From: Patellaria atrata CBS 101060
Taxonomy: Eukaryota
Reading direction: 5' to 3'
Length of the DNA: 64,000 nt
Assembly: GCA_010093705.1 (NCBI GenBank)
Contig: MU006095.1
Coordinates: 186,001 to 250,000 of the forward strand
This document shows, piece after piece, positions 1 through 12,697 of the stretch. The notes under the pieces are model-generated. The model searched no databases. It was not told the DNA's origin and saw only the letters and a program-made list of their open reading frames with translations. Position 1 is the stretch's first letter; each line of letters opens with the position of its first letter. A program made the translations under genes and the position numbers.

Positions 1-3000
1 ACTATAGCAGCATACAAAGGATGGATGATGAAGAAAAATAGAACAATAGAGGTATAAATGTGCTTACCTGATCCATCATTGCCGTCTGTTGAATGTTGAA
101 GGTATGTGATGGGAAGAACAAATAGAAGTAAGGTAGATGTTGATGTTTGCGCTGCCTGAGAGGAAAACGCCAAGACATCAATTCTAGTACAAACTTGAAC
201 CATCTATCCAACCGAAGATCGGGATGGTGGTATTTCTTCGTGCTCTACTCTTGAATTACATAGCCTTTCGTTTTTATGGATGAGGTAGATATTGCCAGAA
301 GGGACCCCATACCGAAGAACAAAACAAACCCCACGACGTGGAGTCCACGGATAAAAATCAATTTCGACAGAACCAGAAATTTGTTAATAGATGAAATTCT
401 ATAGCAGATATGGAATTTCGTAAGAATTTAAACATCCAGACCGAGACAGTGTGCACCAGAACTTAGTTGAGGAAACAAGCCGTCCACTCGATTGCGATCA
501 AAAATCTGTTTCTATCCATGCTTTGAGGTGCTATCAAGACTTGTATCGTAAGTCAAGGCTGAAAGAACCTTTTAATCGGAAGACTTTCTACGTACCATTT
601 CTGTTCATAACTGGTTATAGTGAAGTACTGACCTATCCGAGAACGGCAGGTTCGGCTCGAAGTTTCATACTACCAACCTAGTAGATCTGACTGAGTGCGA
701 TTTCTAGTACCGATTTAAGCTAATCCCCGTCTTCATAGATAGTAAAGCCATAAACTAGATTCTTCCTTCTCCCTGGTCGATCCAACCGCTCTGGTCGAAC
801 AGCAGTGTCGCCACTCGCAATGATCGACATACCATCTTATCGGTAAATAGCAAATCAAGCTGGACGTACTTCCGGCCTCTCGATATTCGGTCTGTTACGC
901 AAAGCACATAGCTCCGCTGAGCCCCTACTCCTCTCTTAAAAGGACTCAAACCGCGCGACACCTTGTCATTGCACCAAAATAAGGTCAAATTTTGATACAA
1001 TCACAGGGATGGGTGTTGGGCAGAGAAACTTTTAAAATAAACAACCCCTTAACAAGGTGGCCAGGGAGCTTTTCAATCTAGTTTTATATCGTGCGAATGA
1101 CGCAGAGTCGAGAAAAAGAGAAGACTGTACGGAGCATTGAAGGTTATGCATCGATATATGCACAAGAAGTGGCTGGAGTTTTGAAAGAGGTAGTCTCTTC
1201 GGCAATAGCTATCCCATGAGAACAGAAGAGTATCTATAGTTCCAGTTAACTGGGAGTACCAATAAGAGATGGAAACAATTGAGATACCTACTGAAAAGTA
1301 GCTATTTTGAGCATACAATGCCCATTTCGGCACGAATGAAAAAATCTACCTTGGAGGCGTTCATATCTAATACTAGATGTCATAGCCTAATGGCCACATC
1401 ATTGTGTAAAATGACGGTCGTCAATTGCTAGTTTGGAAAGGACGAACTGATCCAATACATAAAGCGTACTGTCCGGTTACGATATCGCGTTACTGGCATT
1501 CGATCACTGAGATGCATTTGCCTCATCCCGGTTTTCGACGACCCGTATCAATGTCACATAAGCATTGGCAGCTTTATTTACCCTTCGTTTCAAGCATGGC
1601 GTACCATTTGGCTCATTTATGCCTGGGGCGGACACTATAATTTATATATTGTTTTGCTTGATAAACCGTTGCCGTGGAGAAAGAGTCGCCCATCCTCTTG
1701 TTATGGGGTTATTACGGATTAGACCATGGTTGCTCCGTATCCGTTGTAATTAAATGGTGCTTGTTACAATGTAACCAATCTCCTCGGTTAGGCTACTCAG
1801 TTGTTACTAGAACTTCGAGTATGGAAGGCCTATGGCCATCCTGTTAACATGTTGAGATTGAGTCGAACCTATACCGAAGGAGGGGTGTAAACGGCAGGGA
1901 TAAAAGAGATACGATATGATACATTTTAAATTATCTCCTTAACGGCAGCACCGATTCATTCTTATTTTGTAAGGGAGTTTGCTATATATTTCTGGATATC
2001 CTGCTCTTCAAAACCGCAAATGGTATTCCCAACTCCTCAGAAGGTAGAGTGCGAAATATTCCAGGCCATTAAAGGTGTACGTCCTTATATCGAAGTCCCG
2101 TTGATATGGATGAGAAGAACACATTCAGTTTAGCGAGTTGTGGTGTACGTTTTGTTTTTCCTGTCTGCCATGTTCCCCTTGAGAGTCGTAAGAGGAAAAT
2201 TGCTGATATTGTCTTAATGGTTCCTAGTCCTGCTGCCATCGAAGTGGTGTTCTTCTAATCATACTGATTCCTTTGGGGAGAGCAATCCCAGATCACTACC
2301 GGGAAGGTTCGTGGTGAGATGAGTAATGCCACATCGGTCTCATCGCACTGAATTCCTGCTATGGTAATCTAATTCGGAACCAATCATGACCATGTAGTCG
2401 AAAAGAATCCCGGGATCACTAGAAACCTTCTAAAGAGGTCGGCTTAAAACTGGACATGTCGCTCGAAGGATACCAAATCCAGGCTTGATCGATTCTTCTA
2501 GATCCCTACGTGGGAGCGTTTCGAGTGGTAGTAAAGGGTCACATCGCTCCTTTGTTCCATATCGTCCACTCCCGCATTTTATCTTCCAATTTTTACGAAG
2601 TATTAGTTGTATCCCCCACCACCGCAAACACAGAGGGACCTAGAGCAGGGTTGTAGGTGCTGCGGCACAGACAACTGCAAGTGTCCAGAGGAGTCGACAC
2701 GTATGACCTTTTGTGTATTACGCATGAGGTCTTCTACTTACTAGTAGAATGTCTCAATAAATCCTGACTTGTTCAAACAGACGGAGCTCCGAAGTGTATC
2801 TCGTGTCGTCCACTTTGATGTCTGGCTTCATGTTGACGTCGGACGGCGTGATGAAAACTCTGTCACGGAATATTCCTCATACATTAGCGAAAGGCTCTGC
2901 ATCAATTCCTTTGCAGGAGTAGTTCCAATGCAGTCGGTTCTGCAATGCGGGAGTACCTGTGCATGGTGTGGAGGAAATTTCGTATCCCGAACCGCCAGGA

Positions 3001-4200
3001 CCCAGTCACCCACGTGTGTTCAGTCAAAAGTCTGAGAAACAACGTAAGCGGCTCTCACAGCCTTGATGATTTTAAGTTTTGTGGCTTTCTCATAAGAGGA
3101 GGCCATCGGTAGGCTGGATTGATAGAGGTACTGGACGAGCGCTGAGCGGGGGAGTCGGGAATGCAAGAGAGTTGCGTTACGGAGTACTAATGAGTCCCTA
3201 ACGTCAAGAAATCATGCCAAAGAAGCAGCCAGCTTCCTGGCTTGCTAGGTTGAGGATCCCAAAGGACCCGTTGTTATCCATAATCTCCTTGTCTGCCAAT
3301 AGGGAATTACTTTGTTTTGCTTTTGGTGCGTTGGAGTTGCTCTGTAGTTGGGCTATCGGGAAGTGTTATTTTTTCTGGAACTTTTGTTCGTGGAGATAAC
3401 GACAACTTTTCGCTTCACCACTCCCAGGGGTAGACCGAGCTACAGTAAGGTAAATCCATTACCCACGAACAACGAGCACCGATATGAATGATCGACATAT
3501 CCACGTTTATGGAGATTTCTATCGCTCAGAGGATGCACCACTCTGCTGATCGTCAAGAGGTGTGCGGTATTTCTTGAGACTCGAACGGACACGGAGAGGA
3601 ACAGCCAAGGGATACCGAGGGAGCAACGCTATTACTCGCATGAAGAACAGCCATTACCGGATGGGAGGCTGTAAGAGGTTACAAGAGACTACGAAGATGG
3701 TCACTAGAGTCAACGAGGAAGCCCATAAGCCAGCCACGTTGCGCTACAGATGTGGGATGGTGATGATGGGCAAACCAGGAACCCCACACGCTTTTCAAGG
3801 CGATGCATATACTTTTCGGCAGAACCAGCATGTGGGAATTTACAATAGGTAATCGTATCGACAATCGGGCTACACATTTCATACTGGCGTACTCTCTATT
3901 CGCCTCGATTCCGCGTCTGCGGCCACCGTTCGCCTTCCTTAGACGCCGCCTCACCGCTTGTTGGGCCAGACATTGGAGCGGAAAAGGATAACCAAATCTG
4001 TGAGAAGGAATCTGAGGATTTCTGCGGAAATTGAAGCAAAAAGAGGCGGCGTCTGGAAGAGGTGGAAAAGAAAAGTTGCAGCCGTTGGACGGTTGCAAGT
4101 TTGCTTCCGTAGTTCTTCTGTAGAACTATAACTGTGTAGAACTATTATAGTTCTAGTTCGAGTACTTTGTAGTGCTGTACAAGGACGCCCATACAGGTAA
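1..4200. other. Degenerate tract with no recognisable intact gene (possible RIP-decayed relics)
   Basis: Only short ORFs; minus-strand frames read by eye are repeatedly broken by TAG/TAA/TGA; no family motif recognised. Confidence 0.35.
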
Positions 4201-5462
4201 ACCATGTCATAAAGATCTAGAATTAATCGAGCGCCTCAACAGATCTTCCCCCAAACCGGCAACCGAATGCAGCTTGCCATACCTACAGTACGCATATCGC
4301 CCATGGACGGGAAGGAAAATTTCACGCTCACTACTACCAACTTCGGGAGTTTTTGGAGTTCTTTTTTTCAGTACCTGAGAGATGTTCCCCTGTCACGTTT
4401 TAGTGGCACTATCCGAAATTCCATACGTACGGAGTACATTCCTACATTAGGTTATACAGGTACAGTACCAGTATGGTGAATGGCCAAGCATATCTCCTCT
4501 TCTTAGAACTAGAACTAGTTACTCCGTATGGTTCTAGTTCCCTCTCCACCTGAACAGAAATATAGCATACTTCTAGCATCATCACCTGTCATCCCGAAAA
4601 GAGCACAAGACGGTCGTCACGCGACAGCAGCTCAGCAAAGTCGCACTCGATTTGATTAGTTCTAATTGATTACTACATTCTCACCGCATACATACTAGCC
4701 CACCACTTTGACGTTTGATGACAAGCTCTTACAGTCTTACAGCTTGTCGTTACATGAGGCCGGCCTTTCTTCCTCGCAAGTCTAATCCTAAGTTCTAGCC
4801 TTCAAAAATATTTCCCCCCAATTACGGACGTCAAGCCGCAAAATCTTCAGCATTTTTGACACACATGGATGACCATGTTATATTTCCCCGCAACTTTTTT
4901 GCTTCTTCGACCCCTGCAGCTGATCATGCAGCCCTTTTTCCTTGTATCTGTATATTTTTTTTTTTTGGCGTGCGAGTAGTAATAGTGGTTTAGGGGAAAC
5001 TAGTAAGTTGGAGGTGCCGCACGCTGAACAGTGTGAAAATGAGGTCAACCCATAGTCAAGTCTGACGAGTATCCAATCGTCAAATGACAAGCAATTCCCG
5101 CACTCACTGCGTGCTGTCATCACAAACACTTCCATTCGTACAAAACCTTTGCCCCATTACCCCTTTACACGGGTCAAACGCAAGTTAAAAATTTATGAGG
5201 AGGTTGCGCCAAATGCGTTTAAACCCAAAACCATCCGCCCCCCCTCCCCCGGCCTGTGAATTCGACTGTCCCGCTATCCGGCCCATATATCAAGCTTGAA
5301 GGCGCCGTCGTCCGTTCTTGCAAAGACTAAACTCGAGCTACATATGGCACATTCACTACCTAGGAGATAGATGGCTTTCGTGAGTCGTCGTGAGATCTAC
5401 CTACACGTCGGAAATCTTTCCAATTCTTGCCTGCGCTTTGGCAACTATCATAAGAGACGATC

Positions 5463-7644
5463 ATGTTTAAAGTCAACATGTTACGCTCGGCAAGATCGTT
5501 AACCAGGCCTCTGATCGCTTCACCGAGGTGGGGTTTCGTCAGGAAGCAATCATCTGCGGGGCAACGTTTCAACGGAACCGTTTCAGCTCAGAAATCGTTC
5601 TGGACGGCCGGTCGTGTGCTTCTCCTTACTGCATTTTCAGGGTCCCTCACCTACCTGTACGGAATAAATGATTCTTCCCGATTCCGCTTCCAGACGCCGT
5701 GGTCATATTCTTCATTACATCCTCGTTATGGCTCGAAGAAGGAGATGGAAAAGGTATAATGAGACGAATCCTGAATTCTGCATCATCATCATCATCATCA
5801 TCATCATCATATATACTTATTACACGGTAGGCAATAGACGACCTAAGGTTCATTCTTGGGGAAGATGCAATTAGTACCGACGACGAGGATCTACGTATGC
5901 ATGGTTACTCAGAATGGTCCTCAATAAACATCGATCAATTGCCCGTGGCTGTCGCATACCCTAAATCCACAGAGGAGGTTTCACAGATCGCTAAAGTGTG
6001 CCACAAATACAAAGTGCCAATGAGTAAACAAAAGTCGAGTACACTACGCGCATAATATAGATTTTAACCTTGATCTAGTTCCCTATTCCGGTGGTTCGAG
6101 TCTCGAGGCAAATTTCTCGGCCCCTTATGGGGGGATGAGCATCGATTTTACACATATGGATCAAATTATTGAATTACATGCAGATGAGTGAGCAGAAATC
6201 TGCCATATTGACGTCTTGTCTCTATTCTAACCTATCACTTTAGCATGGATGTTGTGGTCCAACCTTCAGTACCCTGGATGAGTCTCAATGAGCAGATCAA
6301 AACCTCTGGACTATTCTTTCCTGTCGATCCAGGACCGTCTGTGAGTTGTGGAACCATTGTATTTCGTAATTGGCCGGTTTACTTATGAATCTTAGGCGAG
6401 AATAGGTGGGATGGTGGGAACGAGCTGCAGGTATAAACTAAGATAGAGCAAAAAATTTCAAACCTGGTGGATTGACGATTGCTTCTAGTGGTACCAACGC
6501 TGTAAGGTATGGGACAATGAAGGATTGGGTCATCAATCTTACTGTCGTACTTGCGGATGGGAAGATCATAAAGACGAGGCGGAGACCTCGGTAAGAAACC
6601 AAGGAAGTATACATCGTTTCAGTACTGACGATCCTAGAAAATCCGCTGCCGGTTACAATCTTACGAATCTATTCATCGGATCGGAAGGCACACTCGGGAT
6701 CGTCACAGAGATTACACTCAAGCTAGCAGTGGTTCCACAAGAGACCAGTGTAGCGGTCGTCACTTTTCCAACAATCCGCGATGCTGCAGCCGCAGCTTCA
6801 AAGATAATGCGTACCGGCATTCCAGTTGCAGCTATGGAGATAATGGATGAGGTGCAAATGAGCGTAGTTAATCGATCTGGATCAACATCGAAGAAATGGA
6901 AGGAGGTCCCTACGATGTTCTTCAAGTGAGTCTATTTGTACGATTCAAGTCAATCAGATACGTTTACTAAACATATCTAGATTCTCTGGAACCAACGGAG
7001 GGGTGAGTTGTACAAAAATCAGGTAACGGTTGGTCAAAACTAACTATTTTTTTATAGGTCAAGGAGAATATCAAAATGGTGAAAGAGATCACGAAACAAC
7101 ACAAGAGTGGAGATTTTGAGTTTGCCTTAGGGGCAGAGGAACAAAGAACATTATGGTCCGCGAGAAAGGAGTCTTTATGGAGTATGCTTGCTCTTCGCAA
7201 AGAAGGGTTGGAAGTGTGGTCTACAGATGTTGCGGTTCCATTATCTCGACTCCCGGACATAATAGGTAAGTCTGGGCAATATCTTCATCTACACTAGCTA
7301 ACAAAATCACTATAGAAGTCTCAAAAAAGGAAATGGATGATCTAGGTCTCTTCGCTAGCATATTAGGCCACATCGGAGATGGCAACTTCCACGAGAGCAT
7401 CCTCTACGACAGTAAGAATCCCAAAGAGCGAGCTGCCGTGGAAAAGTGTATACACGATATGGTCGACAGAGCGCTGGAGATGGAAGGAACTTGCACAGGG
7501 GAACATGGCATCGGACTGGGCAAGAAAAACTCCCTCGTCAAGGAACTCGGCCTAGACACCATCGGCGTGATGAAAAGCATCAAGGGGGCTCTGGATCCAT
7601 ACTGGCTCATGAATCCCGGGAAGATTATGGATTTACCTGCATGA
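5463..7644 (+). CDS. DLD1: Mitochondrial D-lactate dehydrogenase (cytochrome), FAD-linked oxidase; about 9 introns
   Basis: Arg/Ser-rich presequence; spliced exons give [76 protein letters not shown] introns with CTAAC/CTGAC-type branch sites. Confidence 0.93.
5781..5810. repeat. (CAT)10 microsatellite in DLD1 intron 1
   Basis: Ten perfect CAT units read directly. Confidence 0.95.
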
Positions 7645-7998
7645 TTCGTGGAGTCTTGTATTTTCTTCTTCGCTCTAGCATCATGGGGCATGACGGCTGG
7701 CGGTCTCATTTAATTATCTTTTTTCTCTTTTCAGCGGGCTTTTCCAGCATTTACATATCGGGGAGGCTATAGTCAACTTTACAAATGTATCATGAGAGCG
7801 AGGTTTTTTCGCTTCGAGTTTATAACATCTATTTCCAAGTCCTCCAGAATTAATTATCCCAAACCAACAATTACGTCTAAATTGTTGCCCCGTTGTCACT
7901 ATCACATGTCCAAACCCATCTACTCCTCACCGCCATCCCTGTCTCCTAAATTTTATTTCCTGTATGCAGGTTCGTTTTTTCGGAGTACGGAAAGCAAA

Positions 7999-8020
7999 AC
8001 ACATACACACACACACACAC
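7999..8020. repeat. (CA)n microsatellite
   Basis: acacatacacacacacacacac read directly. Confidence 0.85.
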
Positions 8021-8261
8021 GCGCACGCACCCCTGGTATTTAACCCCCACGCCGCTAGGTTAGTTTGATCTGCAGAAAGATCGCATCTTGATCTTCGGAT
8101 CTAGGCTTCGGCGAGGCTGAATTCGGCAGCTGAATCTGTGGCTAACCTTGTCGTGGGAAGAATTGGAAAGGCAAGTAGGGTAGGGCCGATGTGAGACGGG
8201 GACATACACGTGCCTGATGCTCCGAGGTCGGTTGGGAGTTGGGATTCGGTCTCCTCGGTGG

Positions 8262-8812
8262 GTTCTCCGGCTTATGTCATAGTCTTCACTTACCGCGACT
8301 GTGTTCGCGAGATCGGAAAGTGAACTTTCACCACTTCATCTAAAAAAAATGAAGTTGTACATGAATCGACGGCATTTTTTTTTTTTTTGGCAGGAATACG
8401 GATCACAGTTTGGATGTGAAATATTCCTAGACGTTAAGCAAATGACAAAAAAATTTCACGGCGTTTTATAAAGAATTTCCTGAGGACTTTTCTGTGCCAA
8501 GATGTCTGATACTGTACCCTAGCGGGGAGCACCTCGTTCTCCGGCTTAGTCATCGAGGCTTGAGACCGGTTGCCTTAGGGCAGCGCGACTTCATTCGCGT
8601 GATCGCGACTCTGCCAGAACTCAGAAAGTGAACTTTCACTACCTCATAGCAAAATATTATAACGTACATGGATCTGCAGGATTTTTGGGCAGAATTATAG
8701 ATAGCTGTATGGGTTTGAAATATTCCTTTTTCTGTGCCAAGCCATCGGATATCGTAGGGTTCGTGCCCCAGTTCTAGTCTTGGCAAGAATCACTTCCAGG
8801 CTTAGTCACGTG
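8262..8812 (+). repeat. Diverged ~270-300 bp tandem duplication in the RPS4 upstream region
   Basis: Shared blocks in the same order: GTTCTCCGGCTTA (8262, 8536), GAAAGTGAACTTTCAC (8316, 8624), GTACATG, TGAAATATTCCT (8417, 8716), TTTTCTGTGCCAAG. Confidence 0.8.
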
Positions 8813-8945
8813 TACTTTGTGCGATTAACCGAATGTCGAAAATTCGAACACCAAGACCATCTTAGATTCTGAAGTTTTCAGCTCAAGGACCTCGACGTCG
8901 ACAAACCCCCCATTCTTCTCATTCGTGATTGTCTAAGTAGCAATC

Positions 8946-10219
8946 ATGGGTCGTGGACCGTACGTCTCCAATTCATTCCAATGCCAATCATATCCCTATG
9001 TGTTCAGGGACCGAACCGCCAGCTCAACTCTACCTGTACAGCGCGACGACGAACACCTTCTGAAGGCCTTCTGCTTGCTGAAACTTCTTGAGGATCGCAA
9101 ATCGTTACAAAAATAGATGAAAAGTCGGCTTCTGCTGTTCCAAGAAGAGTTTACTGCTGGCGATTCGGTCGAATTCATCCCTTGCACTCGTGAAACAACA
9201 ACACGATATCATGATGCTAACAACTTGTTTGTAGAAAGAAGCATCAAAAGCGCCTCAGCGCACCATCGCACTGGCTCTTGGACAAGTTGTCCGGCGCTTA
9301 TGCTCCTAAGGCGTCACCTGGTCCTCACAAGCTTCGCGACTGCATGCCTCTTATCATCTTCCTACGAAATCGGTTAGTCTTGATATTGACTCCCTTCGAA
9401 CGAGCTCTTTTCGATATACTGACATACCTTGTAGCCTAAAATATGCTCTCAATGGTCGTGAGACAAAGGCAATTGTCATGCAACGTCTGATCAAGGTTGA
9501 TGGGAAAGTTCGGACCGATCCCACCTACCCAGCCGGCTACATGGACGTCATCTCCATCGAAAAGACCGGCGAGAACTTTCGCCTTGTCTATGATACTAAG
9601 GGTCGCTTCACCGTCCACCGTATCAGCGCAGAGGAGGCAGAATATAAGCTTGGCAAGGTCAAGCGTGTGCAGCTGGGCAAGGGCGGAGTCCCATTCTTGG
9701 TTACGCACGATGCACGAACGTGAGTTTAGCATCTATCAGCCGTTGGACCAAGCTTTGGTGATGTGGCAAGCAAAATTTTGTGAGTACAATTGCTGATATG
9801 GTTCCTGTGACTTAGTATCCGTTACCCCGATCCCCTTATCAAGGTGAACGACACTGTCAAGATTGACCTTGCAACTGGCAAGATTACAGACTTCATCCCT
9901 TTCGATACCGGCGTCATTGCCATGGCTACCGGTGGTCGTAACATGGGTCGTGTTGGTGTCATCACTCATCGTGAACGTCACGACGGAGGTTTCAATATCG
10001 TCCATATCAAGGATGCTGTTGATAATGAGTTCGCTACTCGGGAAAGTAACGTCTTCGTCATCGGAAAGGACAAACCGTGGATTAGCTTGCCTAAGGGCAA
10101 GGGTGTCAAGGTAAATATCATCACAATCCCAGTCTCCACCAGATCAAAGCTAACGGCTTCAATAGCTTTCTATCGCCGAGGAGAGAGATCGTCGCCGGGC
10201 ATATACTATTGCTCGTTAA
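8946..10219 (+). CDS. RPS4: 40S ribosomal protein S4 (eS4); 4 introns
   Basis: [22 protein letters not shown]...[54 protein letters not shown]. Confidence 0.97.
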
Positions 10220-10619
10220 ATAAGGTTAAGCTTGAAAGGGCAATAGGTCTCTCATGTGCCAGGAGTATGGTTGCGGGATTGAATTTATCATGGAGACTAG
10301 TGCATAGTGTGCTATAAAATCAATGAATCATGAAGCCTCTGGAAAATCTTCAGAGGCTGATCGATGAAAGCTTACCTGTTCTGTATTGAATTCTGGTGAT
10401 TGTTCGCACTATTTTCATGTGTGAAATCGTGCGGGAATAATTTCAGTAGACCCGGCTGGTGAATGGACATGATTTTTGTGAGCTCGATGTCTGCCAATAT
10501 CTAATATCCCTCTATCAGTGTGTAACCACATCTTACCCACCACCACACACCATCCAGTCCCGCCATCATATCCCCGCCATCCATCCTACCCCATATTCAG
10601 GGATCAGAAAGGCCCAACA

Positions 10620-12267
10620 CTAACACACATCCTCAACCTCCCCCACATCCCCAACCCTCGGTCCCAACTCCGACCGCAAAGTTCGATTAAACACCTCCAG
10701 CAGCATCTGAAAGCATATCCCCGCGATCGCAGGGTCGTACCTGCCTTTGGACAGCTCGTCCCGGATGAATGCGTCTTTCGTTTTCTTTGCGTCAGCTGTT
10801 TTTCTTCCTCGACGGTGGATCGGGTATTCGGACGGGGATGGGATGGGAGTAAAGGGAAAGGGGGAAGCAAAGGGATAAAGGGATGGGGTATGGAGTTATA
10901 AAGGGTAAAGGGAGGGGTAAAGGGGGGGGGGGTTATCGGAATAGGTTTAAAGGGGGGAAAACTCACGCTGGGCCCATGCGACCTCGTAGAAGGAAAATGT
11001 CACGTTGGCTTCGGTGAGGGTTTTACGGATTAGATCTCGGCCGGAGGGGGGTACGTGCGTGTCTTGTTTGCCGAAGATCTGGGGGTAGGCGGTTTTAGTG
11101 ATGAAGAGGGTAACCAAACAAAAATAGGGGCCGGGGGGAAGGAGGTACCCCAAGGGAGAGGGGGAGTTGGGCGGAGAAGTTGGTGCTACTTGTATCTATT
11201 CCCCGATGACTGTAGCGGAGGAATACAGCCCGGTATAGGAAAGCATAGAAAGGATAAGAATCCGCAAATATCCGCAAAAAAAAAAAGAAATACAAAAACC
11301 CACCATAACCAATTCCGCACCAATATCCCCGGCGCGGGCCAAACTATCATCAGACTTTCCCTCGCCCAGGGTGGACGAGTGGATGTCTGTTGCGAAGTAG
11401 CAGACAGCGGCGGCGACGCGTTTGTCGAGCGCGGCGCGGTAGGCCAGGTGGCCGCCGAGACACATGCCCGTGGCGCCGATACGACCGTTACAGGTTGGGA
11501 GGCTCAGGAGGTGGGTTATGGAGAGGGCCGCGTCTTCGTCGTAGGCGGTGACTTTCTGGTTGAGGTTAATACGAGGTTTTGCCTCGTGAAGTATAAGGAA
11601 AAAAAGAAGGGGGGAGGGGAGGGGAGTGTAGTTGGAAAGAGGGAAGAAAAAAAGGTGATATACCTTAGTGATCTTCCATTCATTCCCTTTATCCGTGCCC
11701 GGCCCGTCGTAAGCAAGGGGCTCGGGGCCGGTGAACTCGTGGTACGAAGACGGTGCCGCAACGATGTAGCCGTGGCTGGCGATCTGGCGAGCGAAGCGGG
11801 CGACGGGACCGGTGACTTTGAGGGTATGGGTGAGTATGATTGATCAAAACGGCAAAGAGATGTAGGAAAGAGTGATAGATGAGATGTATGAGATGAATGA
11901 GAACAACTGGCTTCTTTTGTGGGGTTTATATCATAGTAATGTTCGCCATATAATTGTCCAAGCTCTTTCGACATCCTACGTATCATTAAGTGAGGTAGTT
12001 ATAGAACCAATGAAGGGATTTGATATATCTTAGGAACGCTCGAAGAAAACGAAACTAAAATAAAATAGTCACCTTGATAAATCTCACTGAAAACTACCAC
12101 ACCAGGCCATTTCGCCTGCGGATACTCGGCGAGGGTGGGATGGAATATGAAGATACCTATTGGGTTATGAGCAAACTGGCCCCATACATCATATCATCTT
12201 TGAAATACTTACGCATATCACCGCCAGCCTGGGTGGCTACATCTGTATATGACTCTTGAATAAGCAT
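10620..12267 (-). CDS. Dienelactone hydrolase family protein; 5 introns
   Basis: MLIQESYTDVAT..., PGVVVFSEIYQ|VTGPVARFARQIA, nucleophile motif GMCLGG, IFGKQDTHVP, Q|HAFIRDE. Confidence 0.9.
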
Positions 12268-12697
12268 TGTGAGATTTGATTTTGTTTTATCTCTAGGTAG
12301 TGTGTTGAGGAGTGGTGATACGGGTAGATGTTCGTAGCTCCGCGAAGCTCTCGAAGCTATCTCAGAGATATTGCATACGGATGATTACTTCAGCATTTCC
12401 TCATATATGAGATGCTTATAGATATCTACAAAATCTGTCTTAATATTCGGAGCCCTGAACATAGGTGATTAGTCCGGAAAATACGAAAGAGACAGTAGAC
12501 GTAGACAGAAGCATCTGGTTAAACTGTCCTCCTCCGTTAGAAGTCTACAGGATTTAACTTCACGGAAAGAATAAGAGCATTAAAAGAGGATTATAGGATG
12601 TAGTACACTACAAATACACATACTGTACACTCTCCTGCTAAAGACAAGGGAAAATTACGCTAAGTGAATTCAACAAACAAGCCTCCATCTCTGCCGT

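Noticed and set aside
8960..9234. Possible snoRNA in the long first intron of RPS4
   Set aside because: No convincing terminal box C (RTGATGA) / box D (CTGA) pair or H/ACA layout seen; a covariance-model search would be needed.
11055..11843. 262-aa plus-strand ORF
   Set aside because: Antisense to the dienelactone hydrolase and runs through low-complexity introns.
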